A stretch of 64,000 nucleotides of DNA from Vicugna vicugna (Eukaryota), in assembly GCA_013265495.1 (NCBI GenBank), contig MU060007.1:1488001-1552000 (forward strand), written 5' to 3'. The stretch's first letter is position 1, and the number at the start of each line of letters is the position of its first letter. The notes beneath the pieces were generated by a model, which made no database searches, was not told the origin of the DNA, and was given only the letters and a program-made list of their open reading frames with translations. The translations under genes were made by a program, and so were the position numbers. Of the stretch, positions 52,980 through 64,000 are shown piece after piece.

Positions 52980-53100
52980 TACAAGGAAGCCTACTGATCA
53001 TTGTGTCTGAATTTCCTTCATTTTTTAATAGATTAAAAAAAAATTTGAGGCCCAGAGAGGTGAAGGGACTTGTCCAGGGTCACATACATCTGACACATGA
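52980..53100 (-). mobile_element. MIR fragment
   Basis: 'gaggcccagagaggtgaagggacttgtccagggtcaca'. Confidence 0.7.
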
Positions 53101-53296
53101 ATAAGACAACGGCCCAAGTGCATGAATAGTTGGTCAGGTTATGTATTCAGTTGTTGAGCACTCAGGATGGCTGAAGCCCAGGCTTAGGCTCCTTTCTTGC
53201 AAAACAAAAGTGGTTAAAGATAAAACTTCCTCTCCCAACCAAATGTGTGCATTTTGAATTGCTATCTTTTTTTTTTTTTTTTTGCTATTACTATAT

Positions 53297-53530
53297 TGGA
53301 GGAGCAGTCTGTTATAGCTGTGGAAAGCTCAGGCTCTGAAAGGGCCAGACCTGGACCTGCATTTTGCTTTTATCACTCACTTGTTACGTGTTCTTAGACA
53401 ATTTGCCTAACCTCTGTAAGCCCTGGTCTCTGTCAAATGAAGAAAGTAATTGTATCATGTTTGTACATGTAGTGCACTTAACATAGTTCCTGCCACATAA
53501 TCTGTATTAGATGTTGCTAATAATAATAGC
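53297..53530 (+). mobile_element. MIR SINE
   Basis: 'caggctctg...tcactcacttgttacgtg...aatttgcctaacctctg...gcacttaacatagttcctgccaca'. Confidence 0.75.
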
Positions 53531-53571
53531 AGAAAAAGTAGGACTGGATAGAAGCAGAATATAGATTTTGT

Positions 53572-54000
53572 TCCATTATTAGGGTTCCTCAGAGAAATGA
53601 AACCAATAGAATTGATTGATTTTAAAGAATTGGTTCACACAATTGTGGAGGCTAGCAAGTCCAAAATCTGCAGGATGGTCTAGCAGACCCAGGGAAGAGA
53701 CCCAGGAAAGAGACCCAGGGAAGAGACCCAGGGAAGAGCCGATGCTGCTGGTCATGTCAAAGGGCCTTGTGCTGGCAGAATCCCACTTTGCTCAGGGAAG
53801 GCCAGTTGTTCTGTTAAGGCCTTCAGTTGATGGAATGAAGCCCATCCATGTTACCAAGGGTTTCTGCTTGACTCAAAGTCCACCAATTTCAATGTTAATC
53901 TCATCCAAACCATCCTCTGAGAAACGTCCAGAACATTAATGTTGATTGCATCTCTGGGCACTGTGGCCCAGCCAAGATGACAGGAAAATTAACTATCACA
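53572..54000 (-). mobile_element. MLT2B-type ERVL solo LTR with an internal tandem expansion
   Basis: 'agggttcctcagagaaatgaaaccaatag', 'gtccaaaatctgcagg', 'aatgttaatctcatcca' and end 'aaaattaactatcaca'. Confidence 0.9.
53685..53736. repeat. 13-bp tandem repeat x4 (AGACCCAGGRAAG)
   Basis: Units start at 53685, 53698, 53711 and 53724. Confidence 0.92.
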
Positions 54001-54832
54001 GTTTCAAAGCACCTTAACCATGTGTTAAAGATGGTTTCCATGTCCGGTCTAGCATTAGTGAAACTATCACTCAGAGAGCTCAAGCCAGCTATTATTTTGA
54101 CAGGTTTGGATGCAAACCACTTTTTCTCCTTGATAATAATGAAGCTGCCATATTCCATGGTGGGCTCTGGTGGTCAGTTCTTCATCTCAAACTTGTGATT
54201 AACATTCGCCGGCTCTCACATGCTACCTTCTTCCAAAGTAATATCTGCTATATAGTTCCCAAACTAATTAGAGAGGCACCTATTCAACCCTTGATCCTCA
54301 GATCCAAGTTACTCATGTTTCTCCAGAGAAGTGACATATCTCTCAATAGCCAGAGCTGGCCGTTAGTGGTTGTTAATGTTATTCGGAGCCTGGTCCAGAC
54401 ACCTACACTTGTTTGGGAACGAGCCCTGTGGGAGGCCCTTGGTGGGTGTGGAGCTATTTCACTGGGGGCTTTGGCGGTTAGGACTGAGGAAAGTGTGTAT
54501 TTTTAGATGACCGCTCTCCTGGCAGCGGCAGTGGAGAAAGCCGAGGTGCATCACCTGTCTCCTAGTTGTCAGGTGGTAGTGCAGGGGATACTCCAGCCAG
54601 AACTGCCTGGCTGTTGCAAGTGGCATTATTTGCCTTGTGCTTTGGTACACATTATTAAAGCTTCTGTTTAATGTTCTTTTCCAGGAGATTGTCTCTGGTG
54701 TTTTTATCATCCAGGGAAATGTGGTACCAGAAACGATCCCATTCCTGGCAATTTTCTTTGAAAATGGTAAACTTTTGCAGAGTTTACTCTCCCTTCTATT
54801 AGGGTTGATAATGAGAAATTGTGAGGATTATT

Positions 54833-55004
54833 NNNNNNNNNNNNNNNNNNNNNNNNNNNNNNNNNNNNNNNNNNNNNNNNNNNNNNNNNNNNNNNNNNNN
54901 NNNNNNNNNNNNNNNNNNNNNNNNNNNNNNNNNNNNNNNNNNNNNNNNNNNNNNNNNNNNNNNNNNNNNNNNNNNNNNNNNNNNNNNNNNNNNNNNNNNN
55001 NNNN
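54833..55004. other. 172-bp N-masked block in apparently unique sequence
   Basis: Seen directly; the left flank has only faint MIR-like similarity ('ttgtgaggatta'). Confidence 0.9.
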
Positions 55005-55604
55005 TAGCTGTGTATCTCAGCTGCTTTAGAAAGACGACTGGGAAGAAATTATTGGATGTCCAGCCCAAACCCTTACTACGTATTACTCTTTCAACCATTA
55101 TCTTGTACCCGTTACGTTCTTTTTTGTGGGTTCAGGCCACTTCTTTGTGTGAGAGGCCTTCAGACAATTCCCTAGTTTATGACCATGAGGAAGAAGTGGA
55201 ATCTTAAGAGACTTTTAAAACAAACGATGTAGCTAACCATTGTGTTTCACTGGGGTGAAAAACATGGAATGTGTACAACTCTGTTTAGCTTTCTCCTCCT
55301 CTCTGTAGAGCACAACTCTTGTCTCAGCAGCATCACTTGTACTTTGAATGAAAGCTTGGCAATGTTTAAGAGCAGGGTTTCAGAAGATGCATTACAAATG
55401 CTTATAAAAGGCCGCTGAAGAGAACAGAAAAACTCTTCATATTCCCTTATTCTCCACATTCTTAAGACCAACACTATAAAGAGTTCCCCATTGCACCCTT
55501 TAATTCCCTAAACTGAAGAGAAACTGTGTTACCTCGGCTACAAGTTTGCTGGGGGAAAGTTTGATAAATACACCTGTCTGAGTTTAGCTCAGGTGTTCTT
55601 TCCT

Positions 55605-55723
55605 TGGGTGACCAGCTGTCCTTAGCTTGCTGAGAATATTGCTGGTTTTATCACCAAGCACTCGAAATCCTACATCCCAGGAACTTTTCTTAGTCTGGGG
55701 CGGATTGGGACTGTCAGTCACTC
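55605..55723. mobile_element. MER96-like palindromic hAT MITE
   Basis: Imperfect terminal inverted repeats 'gggtgaccagctgtcc' and 'gggactgtcagtcactct' around a ~120-bp element; family name uncertain. Confidence 0.55.
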
Positions 55724-58700
55724 TGTCTCTTTGACTACCTAGGGTCCCTAAGGGCTGGTAATATTGCAGCCACTATCCCAAAGTTGAAGGTTTCTTGAGT
55801 ATGTCAAAGACTGCTTTTCTCCCCTCTGTATCCAGAAAAGCCCAGGATATACACTATTTATGTAAAAGAGATAAGAGGCATGAATTCAGTGACAATTTTC
55901 ACTCATAAGAGCCAATCATATAAGCTGTCAGATACTAAAGAATATATCCTATTAAATTTGGAATTAGATCTCAAATATATAACATTTGTAGCTTTAAAGC
56001 AAGGCCAGAAAACTTTTGCTTTTCATATTCATTTGTTGTACTCAAATGAAGTAGGTGATACTAATTTGACAGTGGTAAAACCAAGATTACAAAATGATCT
56101 AGCCAATTTCGATAACAGATTTATATATCTACCTTTATCTGAATGATCTTATACTTGGATTTGAGGATAAGTTTATTTGTCATCTTTTATTCTTTGTCTC
56201 AATTATTTTGATTGGCTGCTTAGACATACACACACACAAATTTAGAGGGTAATAATGATGGCTCCATTTCTGTTTTTTCTTTCCTGTCTTGCATATAGAA
56301 TGCAAATAAAATTTGAAAACACCATAACGTTTTACTAAGATTTACTACGTATTTAAAACTATTTAGATCAGTGAGCTAAATATAACAAAGGCTAATATAA
56401 ATTTTATTTTCCTTAGGAAGTATGTGGAAACATTTCAGAGGGGTGGCACCTTTTGCCTTGTTTTGAGTTCTTCTGGAGAATGGCAGTAAGCATGTACAGT
56501 TTGTTGATGTTGTGACTCCACACTTTGAAAGTTGTGTGTGGGGATGAGGTACATAAACAAGACTGGACCTCCCTTCTTTAATAGCAGGGAGAGGAGTGTT
56601 GTGTCATTTGCCATAGGTGACTAAGTTACAAAGGAATATTTCTAACCCTAGGAATGAGTTTAAGATATGCATTTACCTGTATGTCAAAGGACCAATATAA
56701 CTATGCTTTGACTTTTAGAAACCTAAAGAGACTTGGAGTAGCTCAAAATAGTCCATAGGACTTGAATATTTCTTATATGAGTAACTAAAGAAAGTACTGG
56801 ACAAACTTCTGCATGTTTATTTATTTTTCGTTGTGGCAAGGCATCTCAGGGTTAAGGTATTCATAAAAATCTCCTCATTAATATTAAAACTTTTTAGGTC
56901 TCAGAGCTTTCTAGTGAGATCTGAAATATTTAATCCACTTGATCATGAAACAAACTATTAGGAATCAAGAAATAGCCTCTGTATTATTTGTAGTTTCCAG
57001 CTTTAGATGGTTACTTAAGAGCATAGAGGTCTGGAAAGTTTAAAAACTGATTTTTTTTTTTAACCAAAGTTGTTTGAATATCAACCATCAATCTGACTGT
57101 ATGCTGAGGGATCAGATTTTTAAAACAGGAGGGCAGAAGAAAACCTGACCTCCTACTGAAAATTTTTCTGAATTTTCATTGATTTGGACTTGATTTTTTG
57201 AAGCTATAAATCACATTCTTCTTTGAGATGGAAAATAAGTGACAGAGAGAAATCCAAAGCTAGTGACACTTGCACACAATATGCCAGCTTCAGATGGAGT
57301 TATCAGCATTTCATCCGCACTGCATTGTGCTGAAATTCTTCTCGCCCATACCTTTCCTGGAATCCTCCTGTTGAAGAGCGCAATAATAACTATCTGCCAA
57401 TTAAGGTGTTCTACCTGGGGCCAGCCAGAGCTTAGTCTGGGGACAAGGTCACTTGCCGGGATGGAGTTGTAGCTCCCCAATTACTAGTAGTTCCACTACC
57501 TCTTCTAACTTGTCAAATAATGAGGAGACTTTGAAGGCTAAATCCAGCAGTAGCTCCTGGCGGGGTTAATGCTGAGTGAATGACAATGATACCTCAGGAG
57601 TGAGAATCTGACAATGTCTGTCAAGCTCTGTTCACAAGGATGATGAAGTTCATTGCTCCTCAACACTACTTGGGAAAGGTACTGGTCTTGATCTTTTCAG
57701 TGAGAAAGGACCACATTACTCACTTTGGCAGAAGTTCATTAACTCCTCTATGCCACCCATAGACGCTGGGCATGAACTTAAAGCCCTAATGATAGAAGGT
57801 GAATGTCTCACAACAGGGCAGTTCACCCACAAAACCAGGTCATCTCAGTGTGTTTCTCATGTCTTGATTCTCTAGTCAATGTTTTTTTTTTTTTTAAGTT
57901 TCTAAATTCTGAGTTTAGTGATGAATAACAGTGGTTATACAACAGTTATTTTTAGTACTCATTAGCAACACAACTGAGAGAATAAGAATAACAAAATTAC
58001 GCTCCCACTGAAAAACAGAAAGATTTTATACCAGTGATAACAATGTTCACTGCTGACTCCATTGGTGAATCATTTAGCTGAAGACTGAAAACAACAACTC
58101 AACAAAAATCCCTATAAAATTATTCTAATGATCAGCCATTCAACATTTGTAGGAAATTGACTAGATGGCCTGAAAATGAATGTCTCCCAAGTCTGAACTG
58201 TATTTTTAAAACGAGTCCTCAAAGCTGAATAATAATGTAAAAAAGGATTTTTAGTGATTAATTCTTTTGCATGTGTTTTCCCTTCACTCCTGTTTATTTA
58301 TTGAAATAGTGAAGGATACTGCTGTCCTTTGATGATACTTGGATTCACTGTGTAAAAGATCGAGAGAGCAAATGGCCTTTTTGGCTCCTAGGGACGTTCT
58401 GACTCACTTCTCAAATTCTGCTGAAGTTTGCTTTGGATAAACGGACAAAGCCTCACTTAGTGATGACAAATATATACACAAGTATTTAGGGAGATGCAAA
58501 TATTATTTTTGACTCACCTCATAACTAGTCCACTGGTTCAGATCTGAATATCAAATGTTTCATCCTGCTGAGAAAATGGCTCTGCATCTCCAAGATTATT
58601 TTACAAAATTAAAAAAGAAAAGTATTTGAGTAAAAAAGAACAAACCTATTTTATCTGATGGAACAGATTCCCTTTCCCAGATTTCAGTTATTGGGCTTCA

Positions 58701-59177
58701 AAATATGAATTTTCTGTTTGCTTTTGATACATGTGGCAAACTCACTAAGAGCAAGGAGGGCATTTTTTCCTGTTTTTACACTTACATCATAGCAAGACGG
58801 CCTGTGGTAACTTTTCAAGTTTCCCATTAGATGATGTAAATTAGATGATTCAAAATAGAGACAAAAAGTTAACTTTGTGTTTTGATGAATGAGTAAAATT
58901 TCAGTTGGGTAACACAGACGCTTTAGAGTGGCTCTTTTAATATTACTGAAGATTTAGCTCTGTGGGAAATGTTACAGCACACATACCATCCTGCTTCCTA
59001 CCTAGTATTTTACTGATGGTTAGTGGCCAAAACTCTGCCAGAGAGGCCAAAGGGGAGACGGCAGTATCTGCTTCCATAAGAGTGCATCTGAGGCACTTTT
59101 CTGTGTAGAGTTTTCTCTTGTTTTTCCAGAACAAAATTATCCTTTACTTACAAATCTCATTTTGCTCTGTGCTATTC

Positions 59178-59415
59178 ATAATGACTAAAAAGTAGTGGTC
59201 ATCGTGTAGGCAAAATACCTTCTCTTGAGTGTTTTCAAGCTGGTTCCTAAGGAGGAGGTGCTCTTTGCCATCATGTGATGTATTTTTTCTCACTGAATTG
59301 CTGGGACTTGGCCAACGACCTAGTTTAATTCTCCGGCACCTCTACAAAGTGGTCCTTTCCTTCCAGGGTCAAGGTGACAACGTGGTCCAGTCAAGTTCCA
59401 TATTGCTGTCAGTCT
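59178..59415 (+). mobile_element. Candidate highly diverged LF-SINE (LFSINE_Vert)
   Basis: Several short blocks are collinear with my recollection of the LF-SINE consensus at about 60-67% identity (see findings); not verified by search. Confidence 0.4.
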
Positions 59416-59917
59416 CCTCTTTACCGGGGCTCGGCCTTCCCACCCACTCCTCTCTTGATGCCTCACCCAACCCTCTCCCTGCCGTTCTGCTTCTTCTACA
59501 GGTTTCCTGCTCTTCCTCTCAGGCTCCAAATGACAGGGAGTTAATCTGACAAATTAATCTATGCTAATCTGCTCTTGGGGGCCCCTTCCAGGTAACATAG
59601 TCATAGGCATTTTAAGTAACCAAATTGTTACCTGTTGTAGCATCCCAACCACTGGCCATTGCATAATCCGTTGGTGATGCCCTAGGACTGTGGTAGGGGG
59701 TGCATGCTTGGGCCAGTGAGCCTTTTGAGGCCTGTCCCATTACACTGCCTGCCATGGCCTCTCCAGAGACTCCTAGACACACATTTCATGGCAACCCCTG
59801 TATAGACTCTCAGTCTTTAGGACTCTGTGGATATCTTAGGTCTGTAGAATCAGCTCTCTCCAGGTTGGGTGGGGGAGTAAGGGACTGATGACTGGTTGGT
59901 CCCCCTTTGTTTGCCAT

Positions 59918-59995
59918 AAAAAGAAACCCAAAAAAAAAAAAAAACCCAAAAACCCAAAAAACCAAAACAACAACAACAAAAAAAACCCCAACCCC
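59918..59995. repeat. A/C-rich low-complexity tract (AnCCC, CAA)
   Basis: Seen directly. Confidence 0.8.
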
Positions 59996-60199
59996 TCAGC
60001 ATTCTCCAGACCTGCTGGAGCCAAAGTATAGAAATAAGTCTCAAATAATCCTGAGAATACAAAAGCCGTTTCTAACATTTTCTGTTCAAGAAGTCATATG
60101 AGTTGGACTAATTTTCTGAGTATGTGTACTATGATGGGCTAGGGGTTTAATGATAATAAGTGCTCGTATCATTACAAATGTCATCTCTTAATTCTTAAA

Positions 60200-60340
60200 A
60201 TAGCTTATAGAATTAGTAGTAGTGTTATTTACATTTACAGGTGGGGAATGGAGGCTCAGCAATGTTAGATAAATTGCTGAACAGTTGCACAGTAATTAAA
60301 GTGGAACGAGGCTCTGCACCTGCAGGTCTTCCGTGCTGGC
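60200..60340 (-). mobile_element. MIR fragment
   Basis: 'catttacaggtggggaatggaggctcagcaatgttaga'. Confidence 0.65.
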
Positions 60341-63300
60341 GTCTAAGCCCTTCTCACCAGACACAGCTGCGCTCTCTTCATCTCTGGTCACCTTTGGGTT
60401 CTGTACTGGCTCCACCACCCTTGTTCAGTGACTGGGGCGGGTTTTCTTATTAGCTGGGACCTTGGCTGGACCCTGACTTTCCTCTGTTCCTCAAGAAAAA
60501 ACCCCTCTTGAGGCTGTGAGGTTACCAGCCATCTCTTCTGATTGGTTAGATCATTTAATCAGATTATACAGACAAAAACAAAGGACGGAAAGATATAATA
60601 CACGGCTCCATGTTCTATAAAGGATTAGAATGAAAGATTTTTAGTAAGTTTCCTCTAGCACAGGAACTGCTATGCCAGTTTAATTGTTCTTCTACAGGCT
60701 CAAACTTGGTTTTTTGTTTTTGATTTTTTAAATGTTACCACCAGTTTTTGAGAAGCTGGATAAATGGAAATTTAAATTTAATTTGTGTCTATGATTAATG
60801 ACATATGTTTAGGAATTAGGTGAATTCAGAGATATTTTGTGTAACCATTTCATAAATTTAGTCATCCATGATAAACAGTTTCATTCTGGGTTTTAGGTTT
60901 TACCTAATACACTATTTCAATTTTATTTATGTGTGTATTTATTTATTCACCTCTAGCTAACTTCTTTCTCATATAATCATCAACAAAAATCTAGTGATTA
61001 AAAAATTTCCCATGAAAAGGAAAAAAAGGAAGAAGCAATTTGTTTTAAATAAACCTAAAAGGAACCGGATCTTAAAGCCCAAGACAGCTTATTCAATTTA
61101 GTATTTGTTACAGTTTTCTATTTAACGGATGTTTAGTGAGGTCAAAATTCATTGTCTTCGAGGTTGTAGCTTTTCTTTTATCCACTAAATTCTCCATAGA
61201 CTAACACTGATGGAAAAATATGTCTGTTTGGATTTAGATATAGTCAGGAAAGTGACATAAACAGAGAGAGGGAAGAAATCTTCTGTTTTCTTCTGGCCCT
61301 TGTCCGAGGTTTGCTAATTGGGTCTGCTACAACTATTACTGGGTTCTGTTTAAGATCAGGCTTTCTTCTTGATATGCTAGACGTTCCTTTTTGTAAACAA
61401 AACATTGGCTTTTCATTCAAAAGAAACTGTGTTATAATCAGGAGACATTTCTTGTTACTATTTCTATTTGAAGATTCCCACCAGGTCTCTGACATGAAAT
61501 ACAAAGGGGTTTGCCTCCGGCATGAATAATTTCATAAACTGAAGGAGTGCACTTGTTAATACTCTCAAATTCAATGATCAGAACACACTTTTATTTTAAG
61601 AATTGTAACATCCTAAGAAGTCCAGTAGTATCGTGGTCGGACAAGAAGAAAAAACATTTGACACATGCGTATCAAAGCTGGGTATAGTTTTGAATCATGC
61701 TTTTAAAATTTTTGGATATATTTTTTTCTCCACAGAATGTATGTTCCCTTAGAGGCAGGATGATTCTCTCTCTTGTATCTTAGGAATTATTGGACATGAG
61801 AAGCATATTAATTCTTCTTTGTCTAAATGACCAACATCCAATAAGAGTATATGAGAGCTTTTTAATCACCAACATATTCCAGTAAATTGTTCTTAAGCAC
61901 AGAGCTTACCTACTTGAACAACTATCAAAGATACCAGAAATCTTTGAATATTCATTTGAAAATCAACTGCCTTTTTCTCCTTTGAAGTACAATACCAATA
62001 TTTACATGACAATTCTTCAACTAGGCAAAATAATGATGTGCTATTTAAGAAATGAAGTGGGTTGAAATCCAAGGGAACCTCAAGTATGCGTATAAAAGAT
62101 TAAAATATTTATATTAACTTAACTATGCTTAAGTGCCTATTAAACTGTCTTTATAGAATTTATGGGTTGCTGTTGTTTTGTGTGGTTGGAAAAAACACCC
62201 TGGCCCTTTTACTAGACAGTGATTATTGGCTGAACTATTTTTAATCTTAGAAAATAAAAAGAATTTCTCTCTCTCTCTCTTTCCATATATTAACAATGGC
62301 AAATGACTCTATTGCTGAAGCCTTTGGATGAATGTGTTCTTAAAAAAAGGACTGTGAGACTTTTGACCATAAGTGACAAAGGTTGGTATTTGCTTTGGTT
62401 TGAGGATCAAGTTTAGAATTAAGAGGTCAAATTTAATCCAAAGACACTTTAATGAATCTCTCATGAAAGTGCAGCATCTTTATTTTCTTAGTGACTCAGT
62501 CATTTCATTGAAGGAATCCAAACTGCAGAATTACAGAAAAGACCCCAGAAGCAGGAGGTTGTAAAGACAATTAATTATTATATAGTATTAATATATATAA
62601 ATATCTTTTTAAATAAATATAGTCTTAATGATGCTAGAAGATGAGGACTCTGGTATATTACTGGTGACCTACGTCACTACTTTCTTGGAAGGGTAATTTA
62701 ATGGTATCTACCAAAAGTGTTGAAATAACTACACTTAAAAGAGCAATTCTCCTTTAATAAATTTATTCTAAATGTAATTAAAGATAAAAATATCTTCAAT
62801 AGTGCTTATATTAGTGCCTTTTTAATAACACAAATTTATATGCTACCCACATTTTTTAAAAAAGGGATAAAAATCAGACTATCATATAAATCAAATTATA
62901 TCCACATAATAGAGTATTATATATATTTTTTGTGTGAAAATATACTTACTTATGTGGAAAGATGTTTATGATAAAATGTTTAGTGAAAAATGTAGCTAAC
63001 AAAACAAAGCGTTAATGATAACTATCTCCGAGCACATGGAGCTAAGAAAAAAATTTTCCAATGTAATGTTTCTATAATGAGCATACATTAATTTTATATT
63101 GATATAAATAAACCAATTTGTAATAAAAATGACCTTTTAGTTTCTCAGTTTGAACCAAAGCCTGAATTTCACGAGTTTGAACTTACAATCAAATTTCTAC
63201 AGTTTAAATTTTTTTTTTGATGTTTAGAAAATGAAAAATTTCCTAATAAAATATCCTAGGAGACAAAGCACAATTGTGGTATTCTTCTGATGTGGAATCT

Positions 63301-63406
63301 TTTCTCTGGCTTTGTCTTATGTACCTAAGGCTGGCTCTGTGTAGGGAACAGTTGATGTTCTGTTTATCTAAAGGGGCAGTAGAATAATTAGGTGTAAATG
63401 TTTAGC

Positions 63407-63614
63407 TAGTGGTGTGCTGGTTAACGTTCACCAAGCTGCTCTGGTGTTGTGGGGGTGGGGTGAGAGAAGGCTTTATTTGTAGCATTTGATGAATGGTGTA
63501 AATACTCTCACAGTGGCTGACTTCAAACACTCTACATGACATCACTGAGTTGGGAGGAGATGTACACACCTGGCTCTCAAGCTCTGGTACCAGCCAGCTC
63601 CAGCATACCACCAG
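63407..63614 (-). mobile_element. MER63-type hAT-Blackjack element
   Basis: TIR-like ends 'tagtggtgtgctgg' and 'ccagcataccaccag'; internal 'ggtgtaaatactctcac...gacatcactgagttggga'. Confidence 0.8.
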
Positions 63615-64000
63615 GAAGCCAGATCTCTGGGGGGGGGGGCTTTGTGAGGATGGAATAGTACAAACTAGGTGTAGAAGCACTTTAGATTAAGTATTAAGCT
63701 TGGAAAGTTTAGAAAGTGGAAATCTTCCTAAGTCAAAGGAGAAAGAGGAAGTATACAGAATGGTGATGTAGTTAAATACAGCGCAAGAGCTAAGACTAGA
63801 ATTTTTGAGATTGGCCATGATTGAACTTTCCCCTTCAGAGGAATCAGTTTCAGCACTTATTAAGCACAGGCATTCCCAAGACTCTCCCTAGGAGATGTGG
63901 ATTGGGGCCCAAGAATCTGTATTTTAGACTCTGAGGGGACTGCTATCATCAGATAAGGAAATATGAATTAGAATGCACACATGGTGATTCTATATGATGT

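Noticed and set aside
58460-58548. GTGATGA ... CTGA spacing resembling a C/D-box snoRNA
   Set aside because: No terminal stem and no recognisable rRNA/snRNA guide; such words are frequent by chance.
1-64000. Known miRNA hairpins, tRNA/snRNA genes, NUMTs, processed pseudogenes, CRISPR arrays; isolated AP-1, octamer and TGACATCA words
   Set aside because: I recognised none of the RNA, pseudogene or CRISPR features by eye. The short motifs occur at roughly background frequency and several lie inside repeats.

Overview
Mammalian non-coding DNA, most likely camelid. The evidence is a Vicugna/Vic-1-type tRNA-derived SINE at ~49.7 kb and a cetartiodactyl-type L1 3' end at 39.2-40.0 kb; I saw no Alu, Bov-A/tA, CHR or PRE SINEs. 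I cannot support any protein-coding gene, structural RNA gene or CRISPR/prokaryotic system, and the listed ORFs look like chance frames, antisense L1 frames or frames read through N runs. Much of the window is old interspersed repeat: L1MB/ME/MA, L2, MIR, L3/CR1, MLT1/MLT2/LTR16 LTRs, and Charlie1, MER5, MER102, MER63 and MER96-like hAT elements. Repeats are densest at 15.6-26.8 kb. The 28-38.6 kb block is repeat-poor and contains a small CpG island (~35.7-36.0 kb) plus CpG-containing bZIP-type motifs, so it is probably a promoter/enhancer hub of an unidentified gene or lncRNA. The most interesting points are: (1) the N runs look like masked real sequence rather than assembly gaps, and two of them (620 and 172 bp) lie in non-repeat context and may hide conserved elements or exons; (2) a candidate highly diverged LF-SINE at ~59.2-59.4 kb next to three TAATCT sites; (3) the orphan CpG island with outward-facing splice donors; (4) a few candidate microexons/exons. 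Repeat names come from remembered consensus sequences, not a database search. Subfamily calls and boundaries are approximate. I could not identify the host locus and found no convincing novel system.
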